From: Chloropicon primus
Lineage: Eukaryota
Assembly: GCA_023205875.1 (NCBI GenBank)
Contig: CP060754.1
Span: 1,674,001-1,738,000, forward strand
Length of the DNA: 64,000 nt
Reading direction: 5' to 3'
In this document: positions 10,695 to 21,562 of the stretch, piece after piece
Numbering within the stretch: position 1 is the first letter of the stretch
Layout: the number at the start of each line of letters is the position of its first letter
Translations under genes and position numbers: made by a program
Notes under the pieces: model-generated
Seen by the model: only the letters and a program-made list of their open reading frames with translations
Told to the model about the DNA's origin: nothing
The model's database searches: none

Positions 10695-11377
10695 GTGATG
10701 ATGATTTGGGTGGGTGGGTGCTGGGGTTGGGGTTGGGTGGGTCGTTGGGTTGGGTGGGTGTTCGAAAAGACCTGCAGAGAGATCCAGAGAGAGAGAGGAC
10801 TGCTGTGTTTGGACAGCAAGCTCGAACAAAAACTGCTGCTGCTGCTCAAAATGGATCACCGCGCGGAAACGCGGGCATGCGGGTGTTATATTAATAATAT
10901 TACCTAAAAGAAAACATTTGTTTGTGTTATATTACGATTCCTTTTCACCTCTTTCTTTCCACTCCCCGCAAGGCCAGCGCCAGACCTTGCCTCCCTTCCC
11001 TTGGGATGACGCCCCCCCCCCCCTGTAATTCTAGGACCGAACAAAAACCTCGGAGTGATTATTTATTTTTTTCGCAGCATCCCATTTTTCAGCGTTACAT
11101 GTTCTGGGTTGCTGGGAAGCAGGCTTACCGGCAACGCTCAGACGGGCATCAGGACGGGCGCGGGCGACGGCAGCACGTGTTTTGGTCAGTCCCCAGTCCA
11201 CGCAGGGCTTGGATTTCGGGCGATCAGCGGTCGGGCGACCGTCATTGATCACATCGTCATTGATCACGTTATCGGTTTTTTCCAGGGCAGCTGCTGCTGA
11301 CTTTGGTCTTCCTCCTCACCGTTATCCTCTTCGATCGCGCGCTCGTCTGTCTCTCCGCGGGGGTAGGGAAGCGGGGG

Positions 11378-13448
11378 ATGGCAGCGGCGGACGCGGCGCC
11401 CTTGCCGGTGGTGGATCTGGCGGTCCCCGAGGGCGGCAACGCCTCCGTCGAGGGTGATCGCGGGGCGGCGATGTACTCGTCGGCCCCGGCCCACCACCTG
11501 GCCTCGGACGAGCACAGCCTGGACGGGCGGGACCGCGTGGCGGAGGACGATCCTGCGGAGGACGCTGTGGTCTCCCGTGGGAAGCCTGCGCCGAAGATCT
11601 ACCAGACGCAGTACCCCGTCCTGCCGTACGCCGCGGCGGCGCCGCCCCCGACGGGCACGGCGGACGCGATGTCGCCGTGCAAGCCCAGCGGCGGGGCGAG
11701 GGAGAACAGCCTGGGCAACAGCTGCACCTCGATCGCGAGGGAGGCCGGGGGGAGCATCTTCGACGCGCTGCAGGGCGGACCCCTCGCGGGCGACTCGATC
11801 GACGGCGACTCGATCGACCCGGCCCAGGACTTCACCGCCTTCCTGGACACGGTGTGCACGCTGCCGGTTGGCTCGTGCGACGAGCCCCCTTCTTCGACCA
11901 TGGTGGAATTCTCCATGTCCATCCCGCTCCCGGGGGAGGGCGGGGACAAGGGCAGGGTCGCCCACCCCGGGGTGTACCAGGGGGGGATTCAGAAGAAGAG
12001 CTCCAACAACCCCCTGCACGGGGCCCTGCAAGCGGCGGTGAGGAACGCCTCGTCGTCCCACCAGACGTTCCAGTACGAATCCCTCCGCGAGGGGTCGATG
12101 CCAGGCGGCCAGGACGACATGTGCACCCCCCAGTCTCAGTTCCGGCGAGACGACCATTCGATGCCCCAGCTGGAGAGGAGGCACACCTCGTACGTGCCCG
12201 AGGTGTACCACGGGTCCCCGATCGGCATGGCTCCGTACGAGCAGGTCCAGCAGCACCCCTACCACCACCCGTCCCAGATGTACGACGAGACCCAGGTGTG
12301 GCAGAAGATGCAGCAGATGCAAGGCGTCAGGAGAACGTGAGTGCCAAAAACTCTGGCAGTTTTTCTTTTTTTTGCTGGCTGACCGACGGCCGTTACAGCA
12401 CGGACTGACATTCTGCATTCTGCATTCTCTCTCTCTCTCTCCCTCTCTCTCCCTCTCTCTCTCTCTCCCGTCGTCGTCGTCGCCACTGGCGCCAGGATGT
12501 CCGCCAACACCCACAGCAGCAGCCACTTGACATACAGCAGGGAGGACCTGAGCAGGCACCTGGGTGGAAGCAGCAAAAACAACAACAGCAACAGCAGTGC
12601 TTCGGGCAAGAGGGACCAGCACGCCAGCCCAAGCAACAACAACTCCAACAACAGCAACAGCAGCGGCGGGGCGAGGGGACCCAGGGGAAGCAGCAGTAGG
12701 TACCGGGGCGTCACCCAGCACAGGAGGACGAAGAGGTGGGAGGCTCACGTCTGGGACAAGGGCAAGCAGGTCTACCTCGGAGGATTCGAGTCCGAGCACC
12801 GCGCGGGGAGGGCCTACGACGTCGTGGTCCTCAAGACCAGAGGGCCGGACAAGTGCCAGACGAACTTTCCGATCGAGGAGTACAAGAGCGTCATCCCGTG
12901 GCTCGGGTCCGTGACCAGGGACGAGCTGGTCCTCCTGCTCAGAAGGAGGAGCAAGGGCTTCAGCAGGGGATCGAGCAAGTACATTGGCGTCACCAAGCAC
13001 AAGTGCGGGAAGTGGGAGGCCCGCATATCAAACTCGAACAAGTCCATGGGGAGCGAGAAGAAGAAGGAGGGCGAGGGCGCGGCGGGGGACGGGCACCAGG
13101 AGGACGCCCCGCCACCCGGACAGGGCACGACGGCCCGAAAGTACACGTACTTGGGTGAGTCATCATCGGACTGCGGTGTGTTGGGATCATTCACCTCGGT
13201 TTTTGTTTGGACGGACCTCCGTACTGACCCTTTCAAACCTCTTCTCCTGTTTTGCAGGCCTCTTCGATTCGGAGCTGGAAGCCGCGAGGACTCACGACAA
13301 GGCAGCTGTCACGTTGTTTGGGCTGCACGCCAACACCAATTTTCCCATACAGAACTACCCCGACGAATTGATGATCCACAAGCCTGGCAAGAAGGAGATT
13401 GGCATGCTCGAGCTCTTCAGCAACCTCCAGGCTCAGGAGATCATGTAA
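11378..13448 (+). CDS. AP2-family transcription factor with two AP2 domains; introns 12337-12495 and 13155-13257
   Basis: SSRYRGVTQHRRTKRWEAHVWDKGKQVYLGGF, linker LRRRSKGFSRGSSKYIGVT, second domain YTYLG|LFDSELEAARTHDKAA. Both GTGAGT..CAG introns restore the frame. Confidence 0.85.
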
Positions 13449-13563
13449 TGCATCACTTCCCATCGCCATCGCCATCATCCCATCGCCATCGTCCCATCGC
13501 CATCGCCACCAAATCCCAAAAAGATCTTGGGAGATCCAGATCGTAATCCGTTTTGGGGGCACG

Positions 13564-15732
13564 ATGGCTCCTCCTCCTCCTCGTCGTCGAGAGTTTGGGG
13601 TGGCGATGGCTGGCCTGGCGCTTGCGGCTCTCTTCTTCGAGGCAGCGGCGGTCGGCGAGAGGCAGAGAGCCGCCGCCTCGAAGAAGAGAGCCGTGCTCGT
13701 CGGGTCGATCAATATAGACATCACCATCCCCATCGCGAGACTCCCGGATCGAGAGGAAACCATCGTGTCGTCGGAGCCAGCCGTGTCCCTCGCCACGGGA
13801 GGGAAGGGCGCGAACCAGGCGATCGCGCTCGCAAAGATCGCGGATGAGGATGAGGTCGAAGTGGAGTTCGTCGGCGTCCTGGGGACGGACGACTACAAGT
13901 TGGAACTAGAGCTGGCGCGGTGGGGGATCAGGCACGACAGGTGCTTCTCGTCCGGCCTTCCGAGCGGGCAAGGGTACGTGATGCTCGACAGGAGCGGCGC
14001 GGCGACGAGCATTGTTGTCTCGGGGGCGAACGGGGACTGGCTCGGGGGGGACACGGCCAGGCGGAGAAAGGACTTGGCCGAGCGATTCGACGAAGTTCTG
14101 CTGGATGGCTCGGTGCTGATGATGCTGCAGCAGGAGATTCCCAAGGACGTCAACGAGGAGGCCGTCTCGGCAGCGAGAAGGCACGGCGTGCCCATACTCT
14201 TGGATGCCGGCGGGGAGGATCGGCCCATTGACGACGCCATGCTGGCGTCGGTGGATTTCTTTTGCCCAAACGAGTCCGAGCTGAGAAGGTTAACGGGGCA
14301 AAACCGCACCGGCAGCGAGGAGGAGGTCGTGGAAGCGGCGAGATCGCTGCAGCAGCGCGGGGCTGCCAACGTTCTCGTGACGCTTGGGGAGCGGGGGATC
14401 ATCCTGGTCACGGGCGAAGGGCGGGTGGTGAAGCAGCCGGCCATGCCCGCTGTGGTGGTCGACGCGACCGCGGCCGGGGACGCGGCTCGCGCAGCTTTCG
14501 CCTCCGCAGTCTTCTTGGAGGGTCTCACGCTCGAGGAGGGTCTCCTCAAGGCCGCGGCAGCCGGATCACTCGCAGTCTCTAAGCAGGGGGCCGTGCCATC
14601 ACTCCCCGGACGGGGGGAGCTCGCTGAGCTGCTGGCGCACGGGAGGGGCAGCTCCGAGGCGAAGCTTCAGAAAGTTGCTGTCCACTTGGTGGACGCGATG
14701 CAGGAGCAGCTCGAAACGATGCTCGAGGCCCTCCGGAGGCGCGTGAGGGGCTGGCTCCGCGAGAACCAGGGCAGCGACCTCAGATTCGCGTCGAGACTGA
14801 ACAGCATGCGCCTCGCCGGTCAGCCAGGGGGAACTCTGGATCTCGTGAAAAGGCAAGCGGGGCTGGGGTTGGATTACGTGTTCTTCAACTATCCGCAGCA
14901 CCTCGAGGGGTTGGGGAAGGGCGAGGTTCTCCGAGCCCTGAAGGAGGCAGGCCTCCGGGCGGGGGCCATCTGCATCCGGTTCCCGCTCGAGGTTTACGGC
15001 TTGGGATCTTTCACGCACCCCTCCGAGGACGTGAGGGAGCGCGCTCGGCAAATTGTCGAGCAAGCTTGCGGGTGGGCCCGAGCTTTGGGTGCGGAGGACG
15101 TGGTCGTTTGGCCACAGACGGACGGCTACGATTACTACTTTCAAGCGAATTACACGGCTATGTGGCAGAGGCAGGTCGAGTCGTTCCGCAAAGTCGCGGA
15201 TTCGTCAGCCTGCAAGCGTGTTAAAATCTCCTTGGAGTGGAAACCGACCGACGAGAGGTCCAGGTTTTCGAACGTCCCAAGCACGGCCGCGGCGCTCCTG
15301 CTGGTCCGGGAGGTGGGCAGGGAAAACATGGGGTTGACGCTCGATGTGGGGCACATGATCCTCGCCGGGGAGAATCCGGCGCAGAGCGTCGAGCTGGTCG
15401 GGAGGGCAAACAAACTTTTTGGTATCCAGCTCGGCGACGCGTACTCCCGCTTGGGGGCGGAGGACGGGCTGGCCTTTGGCTCCACCAACCCCATCGCGGC
15501 GCTGGAACTCATGTACTGGCTCCAGGAAGTCGACTACCGGGGAATCTATTACTTTGACACGTTCCCCGAGAACGAGGACCCCAAGCGCGAGTGCCAACAC
15601 AACATCAGACGAGCGAGGCACCTTTACAAGAGAGCACGGGAAGCCAGGCGGCAGGGCACCCTACCCCAACTCCAACGTGCCCACGATGCTTTGAGCATCC
15701 TCCAACTCCTCCAAGACTCCTTGGGAGTCTAA
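13564..15732 (+). CDS. Fusion of PfkB/ribokinase and a xylose-isomerase-like TIM barrel (D-apiose isomerase-like)
   Basis: N-half: VGSINID, GGKGANQA, PNESE, VTLGERG, DATAAGD. C-half: FASRLNS, NYPQH, GSFTHP, WPQTDGYDY.FQ, EWKP, TLDVGH, YFDTFP. Confidence 0.85.
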   Translation: MAPPPPRRREFGVAMAGLALAALFFEAAAVGERQRAAASKKRAVLVGSINIDITIPIARLPDREETIVSSEPAVSLATGGKGANQAIALAKIADEDEVEVEFVGVLGTDDYKLELELARWGIRHDRCFSSGLPSGQGYVMLDRSGAATSIVVSGANGDWLGGDTARRRKDLAERFDEVLLDGSVLMMLQQEIPKDVNEEAVSAARRHGVPILLDAGGEDRPIDDAMLASVDFFCPNESELRRLTGQNRTGSEEEVVEAARSLQQRGAANVLVTLGERGIILVTGEGRVVKQPAMPAVVVDATAAGDAARAAFASAVFLEGLTLEEGLLKAAAAGSLAVSKQGAVPSLPGRGELAELLAHGRGSSEAKLQKVAVHLVDAMQEQLETMLEALRRRVRGWLRENQGSDLRFASRLNSMRLAGQPGGTLDLVKRQAGLGLDYVFFNYPQHLEGLGKGEVLRALKEAGLRAGAICIRFPLEVYGLGSFTHPSEDVRERARQIVEQACGWARALGAEDVVVWPQTDGYDYYFQANYTAMWQRQVESFRKVADSSACKRVKISLEWKPTDERSRFSNVPSTAAALLLVREVGRENMGLTLDVGHMILAGENPAQSVELVGRANKLFGIQLGDAYSRLGAEDGLAFGSTNPIAALELMYWLQEVDYRGIYYFDTFPENEDPKRECQHNIRRARHLYKRAREARRQGTLPQLQRAHDALSILQLLQDSLGV

Positions 15733-15891
15733 TCTAACGCTCACAATTCCATACGATTGTAATGGTACCAGGAGTACGATTCTACGATTGGTACGGAGTG
15801 TACTCGGTGTTGGTCCTCCTCCTCCTGGCCCTGGTCCTCCAAGACTCCTTGCCAAGCCAAGGAGTTCTAATCTAACGCTCACAATTCCATA
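15707..15891 (+). repeat. Imperfect direct duplication of the last codons, stop and proximal 3' UTR of the fusion gene
   Basis: tcctccaagactccttg...ctaatctaacgctcacaattccata occurs at 15707-15753 and again at 15835-15891. Confidence 0.85.
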
Positions 15892-16106
15892 TTTGGTCCT
15901 CCTGGTCCTCAACCTTTCCCTTTCCCCCTGGAAATGTTTAAGAGCGAGGGACGGCGGCTGCAGGAAGAAGCAGAAGGCGGATCGAAAGGGGGGCAGAGCC
16001 TTTGGCGTTCGTTTGGTTTGTCCTTGGCTTGGTTTTTTGACGAACAGCGGCGGGGAAGGGGACTTGAAGGGAAGAGGGGAGGGAGCTTGTGCGGGAAGAC
16101 GAGACT

Positions 16107-18376
16107 ATGGTAGCGACGGCGCCGACGAACGGACCTTCGTCCTCCATGGACGTGTCGTCGAGCGGGACGACTGCGTGTGTCTCGCGGATATTGCCTGCAG
16201 GGATAAGCGTGACCAGGCGTGTCAAGGGAAAGCTGGTGGGAGTGGAGATCCCGGCGAAGAAGTTGGACATCGGCGACGACAGAGTGACCACCGTTCGCGT
16301 GCTTGCCGAGGATAGCGTAAGTATGCGGAGCCTCGTCCTCGAGAGACTGAGAGAGAGAGAGAGAGTTCGGCTGGGAAGGGGACGGCGTTCGTGCGGGAAC
16401 TCCACGCCTCGTATCTGACAAAAAAGCGGAAGCGGTTAACTCAAACGTCATGGACCGTTCTCTCGTTAGCTCAGATGAAAGCATTGCTGTGCAATTGGTC
16501 ATACTTCTTTACTGCAAGTCTCTTTCTCTCGCCATGGGATGGAGCCACGGGCAGTGCACTATGACACACACACACACAACACAACTCGTCCTTCCAGCAC
16601 GCGCCCCCTACCCGACTTGCTGGTGCACGTCGAATGCCCAAAGAGATCGATTCCTCTGACACTCGCTGGTTTTTTTCCCCCTAAACTCGACTTTTTGACT
16701 CGCAGGGCAAGTGCATGTGCTTCTATGGAACTAGCGGTGGGGCTTGTGGCCGTATTAGCATCTCTGCAGCAGGGAAGAAGAAGTTCTCGTTGGATTGGAA
16801 GGCGGGGGGGGATGAGGAGACCAGTGGCGGCGTCTCTTCTATCTCCTGCGACTCGGAGGGCACTTTGCTCTTCGTGGCTCGGGCGAACGGAACCGTGTCG
16901 CGAACGGGAGCCAAAGACGGGGACCAAGCCGAATCGTACTCCGTGGAGGAAGGGGGTGACTTGGTGGGCGTGAGGGTGCTTAGTGATGACAAGTACGCGT
17001 ATTTATCATCTGGGAAGGAAGTTTTGCTGTACAGCTTCGCAAAGGAGAAAGCGATAGGCACTCTCTTGCCTTCGCACGATTCTAGAATAGTTGAAATAGC
17101 AACTTGCTTGGACGAGAAGGTCTTGCTGGGGGCGGGAGCGGGCGTCGTAGACGTTTGGAAGGTGAACAGAAGGCCAGCAGCAAAGCCCGCGAGTTCCGCT
17201 TGCACGATAAACCTGCCCTCTGGGAGCGAAATTACTGCCTGCAGCGTCCACAAGACTGAGCCGCTTGTCGCCCTGGTGACCAAGAGCAAGGAAACAGGCC
17301 ACGGCCTTGTTTATTTATACAGCGTGAGCATGAAGACCGCAAAGAAGGGGTCGAACGACGAGTCGGTGCTTTTGGCGACTCTGGAGTGCGGCTCCGCCGA
17401 GGTTGTGGGCTCGGAGTTCTGCCAGGAGGGAGGAAAGTGCATCATCGCGCTTGCCGCTTCCGAAGACGGCGAGGTGTCCTTCCACGACGTAGAGTTCGAC
17501 ACCGAGGAGAGCGGAAAGGTCATCAACCTTGGGGGAGGATCTGCCGAGGGATCTCCCAGCACCAACAAAGCTGGAGCGAAAAAGAGGAAGCAATTGGATG
17601 CAGAACAACCGCAACAGAATGGTAAAGACTCTGGAGAGGAAGAAGAGGCAGGGCCCAGCCCCCACGACAGCACCCCCTTGGAAGTCAGGGTGTCGCAAAT
17701 GGCCATCAACAGCGGCAAAAAGGGCGCTCCACCTGCCGGGCAGAATGGTGCTTCTCGCGGACAGGCCAAGGGAAACCAGCTGAACGCAGACTCCACCGTT
17801 GTCCTCCTATCTCAGGCACTGCAGAGCAGCGATAAGCAGCTTCTGGAGCAGTGCCTGCAGATCAGGCAGGAGCAAGTGATCAGTAACACCGTGAAGCAGC
17901 TAAGGAGCGACCAGGTGGGCAAGCTGGTGCCCCTTTTGGTGGAAAGGATCAATTCCTCGAGCACGAGAGCCATGCAAGTGGCGTGCTGGCTGAGGCACCT
18001 TGTTAGGAACCACTTGACGTACATCATCTCGGCTCCAACGATGAAGAGGCACCTCAGTGTCCTCTACCAGAGCCTGGAGGAAAGGCAGAGCTCGCACAAT
18101 GCTCTCCTCGGGCTTCACGGCAGGCTTGAGCTCCTGACAAGTTACATCAAGACAATGAGGCAGAGGCAGGCCGAAGCCGCGCAAAACGCTGCGGATGGCT
18201 CAGCCCAGGACTACTACAGCGACCCCTCGGTGGTTCACGTGCACGAGTCTGACCAAGTAGAAACGATATCACTTGTACCGCAGGTTCCTGCGGACTTGGT
18301 CATGGAGGAACAGAGCGACGAGGACAGCGAGGAGGACGAAGACATGGAAGAAGGAAGTGAGGAGGAAGAGGACTGA
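16107..18376 (+). CDS. UTP5: WD40 plus Utp12-domain SSU processome protein (WDR43/UTP5); intron 16317-16705
   Basis: WD-like repeats; VLLSQALQSSDKQLLEQCL..VISNTVKQL..WLRHL..LLGLHGRLELL; acidic tail. The GTAAGT..CAG intron is in phase 0. Confidence 0.82.
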
Positions 18377-18447
18377 AGACCACTAAGTCTTGCCTGAAAA
18401 TAAAACCATAAGAGAAATAATATTTGATTCATAAAGTCTTTCTTTTA

Positions 18448-19866
18448 TCAACCGTAACGGTTCTGCATATCCCTTGCAAAGTCGAATATCTTGCTCTTTG
18501 CCTTGCTGGCCAAGCCCTTGAGGTTCTCCACATCCATCTTGGCCTGCATCGACAGCTTTCCAATCAGCTCCTCGGCGCCCATATCAGACCTTGGGCTAGA
18601 GCCTCCCGATCCGTGGCCGTAATAGTCCGCAGACGAGATCGCGGTCGCGCCATGGAATTTCGACAGCCTCTGCTGCTTCTCCATCTCGTCCTCCTTGCTG
18701 GTCCCGTGGTACTGCTGGGAGGAGATGGATTTGGCCCCGCTGAACCTCTTCTGAGCCTCGTCAGAACTGGCCATGGATGATCCCGCTCCCATCATCTTGT
18801 TCTGCTGCTTCTTCATGCCCATTCCCATGCCGATACCCCTCGTGGACCTTGCCGGCTTGCGACCTCCCGTGCCCCCGCCGGCCGGCTTGTTCGCCATGAG
18901 CTTCGACAAGCTGATGTGCCCGTCGCTTCCTCTCAGATCGACCTTTGGGGCTTCCTCCTCCGCTTCCTCCTCCTGGTGCGCGAACCTGCTGCTACTAGTG
19001 GCTTGGGACACCGTCTCCACGACCGGGGCTTCTGGGGACTTGTTAACAAGCTTCACGGGCTCCTCCACCACCACCTTGGGGGCCTCCTCCGGGGCCTGAG
19101 TGAAAAGGTTGTCGTCCACCTTGCTTGTGATCTTCTTTGCGCCAAGCCCTCCCAGCCCTCCCTTTTTCCTGGTGGCCCCGAGGCCGCCCTTCGCTGGCCT
19201 CCTGGCCGAGGTTGGCCTCCTTGCGCCCGAGGTGCGGGCCGCTCCCAAGGCCGTCTTCGGCTTGGGCTTCGCAGCCGCTGGGGCGGCTTCGGCAGGCGCG
19301 TGCGAGGTGGAAGTCTCGTCCGCTCCCTCGCCGTTGGAGGAGGGCGCCGCCAGCTTCCTCTGGACCTCCTTGGCGAGAGCCTTCTTGTACTGCTCGGCCG
19401 CTCTGCACGTGTACTTCTCCTGCAGCGCCGCAGCCGTGCTGCCTCCCACGCCAGCTCCGCTCACGGACTGGGAGGCGTGCTTTGCGAAGAAGTCCCTCGC
19501 CCTCTTGTTGCCGCCGCTGCACTCGTACACAAAGAGCTGCTCCTGGGTCCAATGGTCCAGCTCGCAGGACTTCACTTGACTGATGTGGACGCCCATTTGC
19601 CTGCACCACACACACACACAAAAAAAAAAAAATGAAGGGGGGTCCCGTCAGCTCGAAGTCCCGCCCACGGAGATATCGGTTCTCCCCCACGCGTCCACGT
19701 CGCCTTACCTGTGCAGGGCCGCGCAGTCCATGCATATCAACACCCCAAAGCGCCAAGAACACCACTTGGGGTTCGCTTTGTTGCAGTCAAAGCACTTCCT
19801 GTTCTCCGTCTTCGAGAGCAAGCGCGGGAAGAGGACGTCCCTATCGAGCTCGTACTGTCCCTCCAT
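18448..19866 (-). CDS. ArfGAP2/3 (Glo3/AGD8-10 type) ADP-ribosylation factor GAP; intron 19601-19708
   Basis: CFDC..ANPKW..GVLICMDCAALHR|QMGVHISQVKS..LD.W; Glo3 repeats AKSISS and ATAISS. Confidence 0.92.
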
Positions 19867-20629
19867 GATCGTCTGTACAGAATGCCTCGTCCTTCCGAAG
19901 CCTGGCAAAGTCAACCCCACACCACGAAGAAAGAAGAAAGAAGAAAAACGACGGTTCCCTCTCCGTTCTCAAGGTCTCAATCCAATCCCTCTCTGAGAGT
20001 GACGCCACCAATTGTCGCAAAAGCCAAGCAAGCAAGAGAACCCAGAGAACCCTGGCGTGACTCTTCTCGAACAAGGCGAGGCAAGGCAAGGCAAGACCTC
20101 TTTCCCGAACAATCCCAATCCCAATCGATCGTCTCCTCCCTCTCTTTCCTCTCTTTCCTCTCTCTCTTCTCTCTCTCTCCAAGGAAAACCCTAGCCATCG
20201 TGTTTAGGTGTAAGGGTTCGTGGAGGAGTGTACCGATCTCGTGGCTCGCAAGAGAAGAGAGAGATGAGATTGAGCGGAGAGGATCACATCATCACGCGAG
20301 CGCCACAAAGAGGGAAGGCGAGGCGACCCAAGGGAGGGAAGGTAAGGGGGGAGGAACGCGGACCAAGGGGGGGGGGGCATGGAAGGAAGGGCGTCTCTCT
20401 TTCTCTTGTTGTTCGAAGGGGGTGGGGGCAAGTTTGGTTCGTGTGGGCGTGTGTCTTGGGTGGAACCACACGGAAGGAAGGGGGGACTCCTCCCGTCTCG
20501 GTTTTCTACACCGTGTGAGCGTGTGCGACGGAGGTCCGCAGCGAGGGAACAGGCGACTGATGGAAATCTATCTCTCTATCTGTCTCTCCCGACTCTCCTG
20601 GTGGTTTCGTGCTCGATGGCAAAAGGAAG

Positions 20630-21330
20630 ATGGTCGCGGCGTTTGTGAGCGTAGGTGCGAAAGGAACCAGCGTGAGGAAGGTCAGCTATGGCGCGAGTGT
20701 GAAAGCAAGGACGACCTCCTGCGCGGCCAGTACGAGCAACAGGGTACTGGCCATGGCCGCCAAGCCAGTCACCACGAGGTATGCAACTTGAGAACCCGAG
20801 AGACACGGGGTGCAGGCCTCTGGCCCGTGACCTCTTGGGTAGACAGCGAGGTCCTTTTTCTTTTCCTTCCTTTGAGCTTTTTTTGACCACTGGCAATCTT
20901 GCTGTCTTCCCTTGCAGTGAGCAAACCAGCAAACAGCTACCTACAGTGGAGCAGCAGCGGTCGGCCGCGAGAGAGATGATCTCTTATTTCAAGGAGAAGA
21001 ACGTGGAAGCGTAAGTGTCCCCCCCCCCCGTGTTGTTTCCCCCCTGAGGCGGAGTGCCTGGGAAAGACGAAAGCTTCCTCGAGGTTCTGACGCGTCTTTG
21101 CTTTGTTTTGGCTCTCGTTCTGCACGAACCCAAACCAACGTTTTCATGGACACAGTGAGTTTGAGAAGAACAAGCAGTTGGGCTGGGTGCCAAAGGCTGA
21201 GATTTCCAACGGGCGATGGGTGATGTTTGGACTTTTGGTGGGCATTCTGACGGAATATTCTACCGGAGTGAACTTCATTGAGCAAATCAAGCTTCTGCTT
21301 GTCAACCTGTCCATCGTGGATTTTGACTAG
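20630..21330 (+). CDS. OHP2: One-helix protein 2 (LHC-like, plastid); introns 20779-20917 and 21011-21155
   Basis: The spliced product reads transit peptide then TVEQQRSAAREMISYFKEK..GWVPKAEISNGRWVMFGLLVGILTEYSTGVNFIEQIKLLLVNLSIVDFD, matching the OHP2 pattern. Confidence 0.88.
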
Positions 21331-21562
21331 GTTTTGCCCAGGAGAGCTAAGGGAGCTTTTGGCTTGCCGGTAACTGACAAGAGTTGGTTTGTGTAAAATA
21401 AACGAGGTCCTTCTTGTCATCTTTCTTGCCCCATATCTCGTCCCCTGGATTGCTTGCTTCGATCAAAGGAAGTCAAAACCAAATCTTCACTCGTTGTTGT
21501 TCTTAACAGTTGAAAAGTAGAAAATTGCATTAACACAAAACACTTATGCGCGAACTTGCATT

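Noticed and set aside
8478..10859. Long antisense or alternative-frame ORFs (also 11264-13000, 43873-45267, 48323-50254, 48529-50448, 46657-47988, 33587-35407)
   Set aside because: Shadow ORFs expected from high GC3 opposite or overlapping well-supported genes; no recognisable motifs.
11099..11290. Upstream coding exon for the AP2 gene, and the cgtcattgatcac direct repeat
   Set aside because: The candidate GTCAGT..CAG splice is out of frame with the AP2 ORF, and the 13-bp duplication alone does not support a function.
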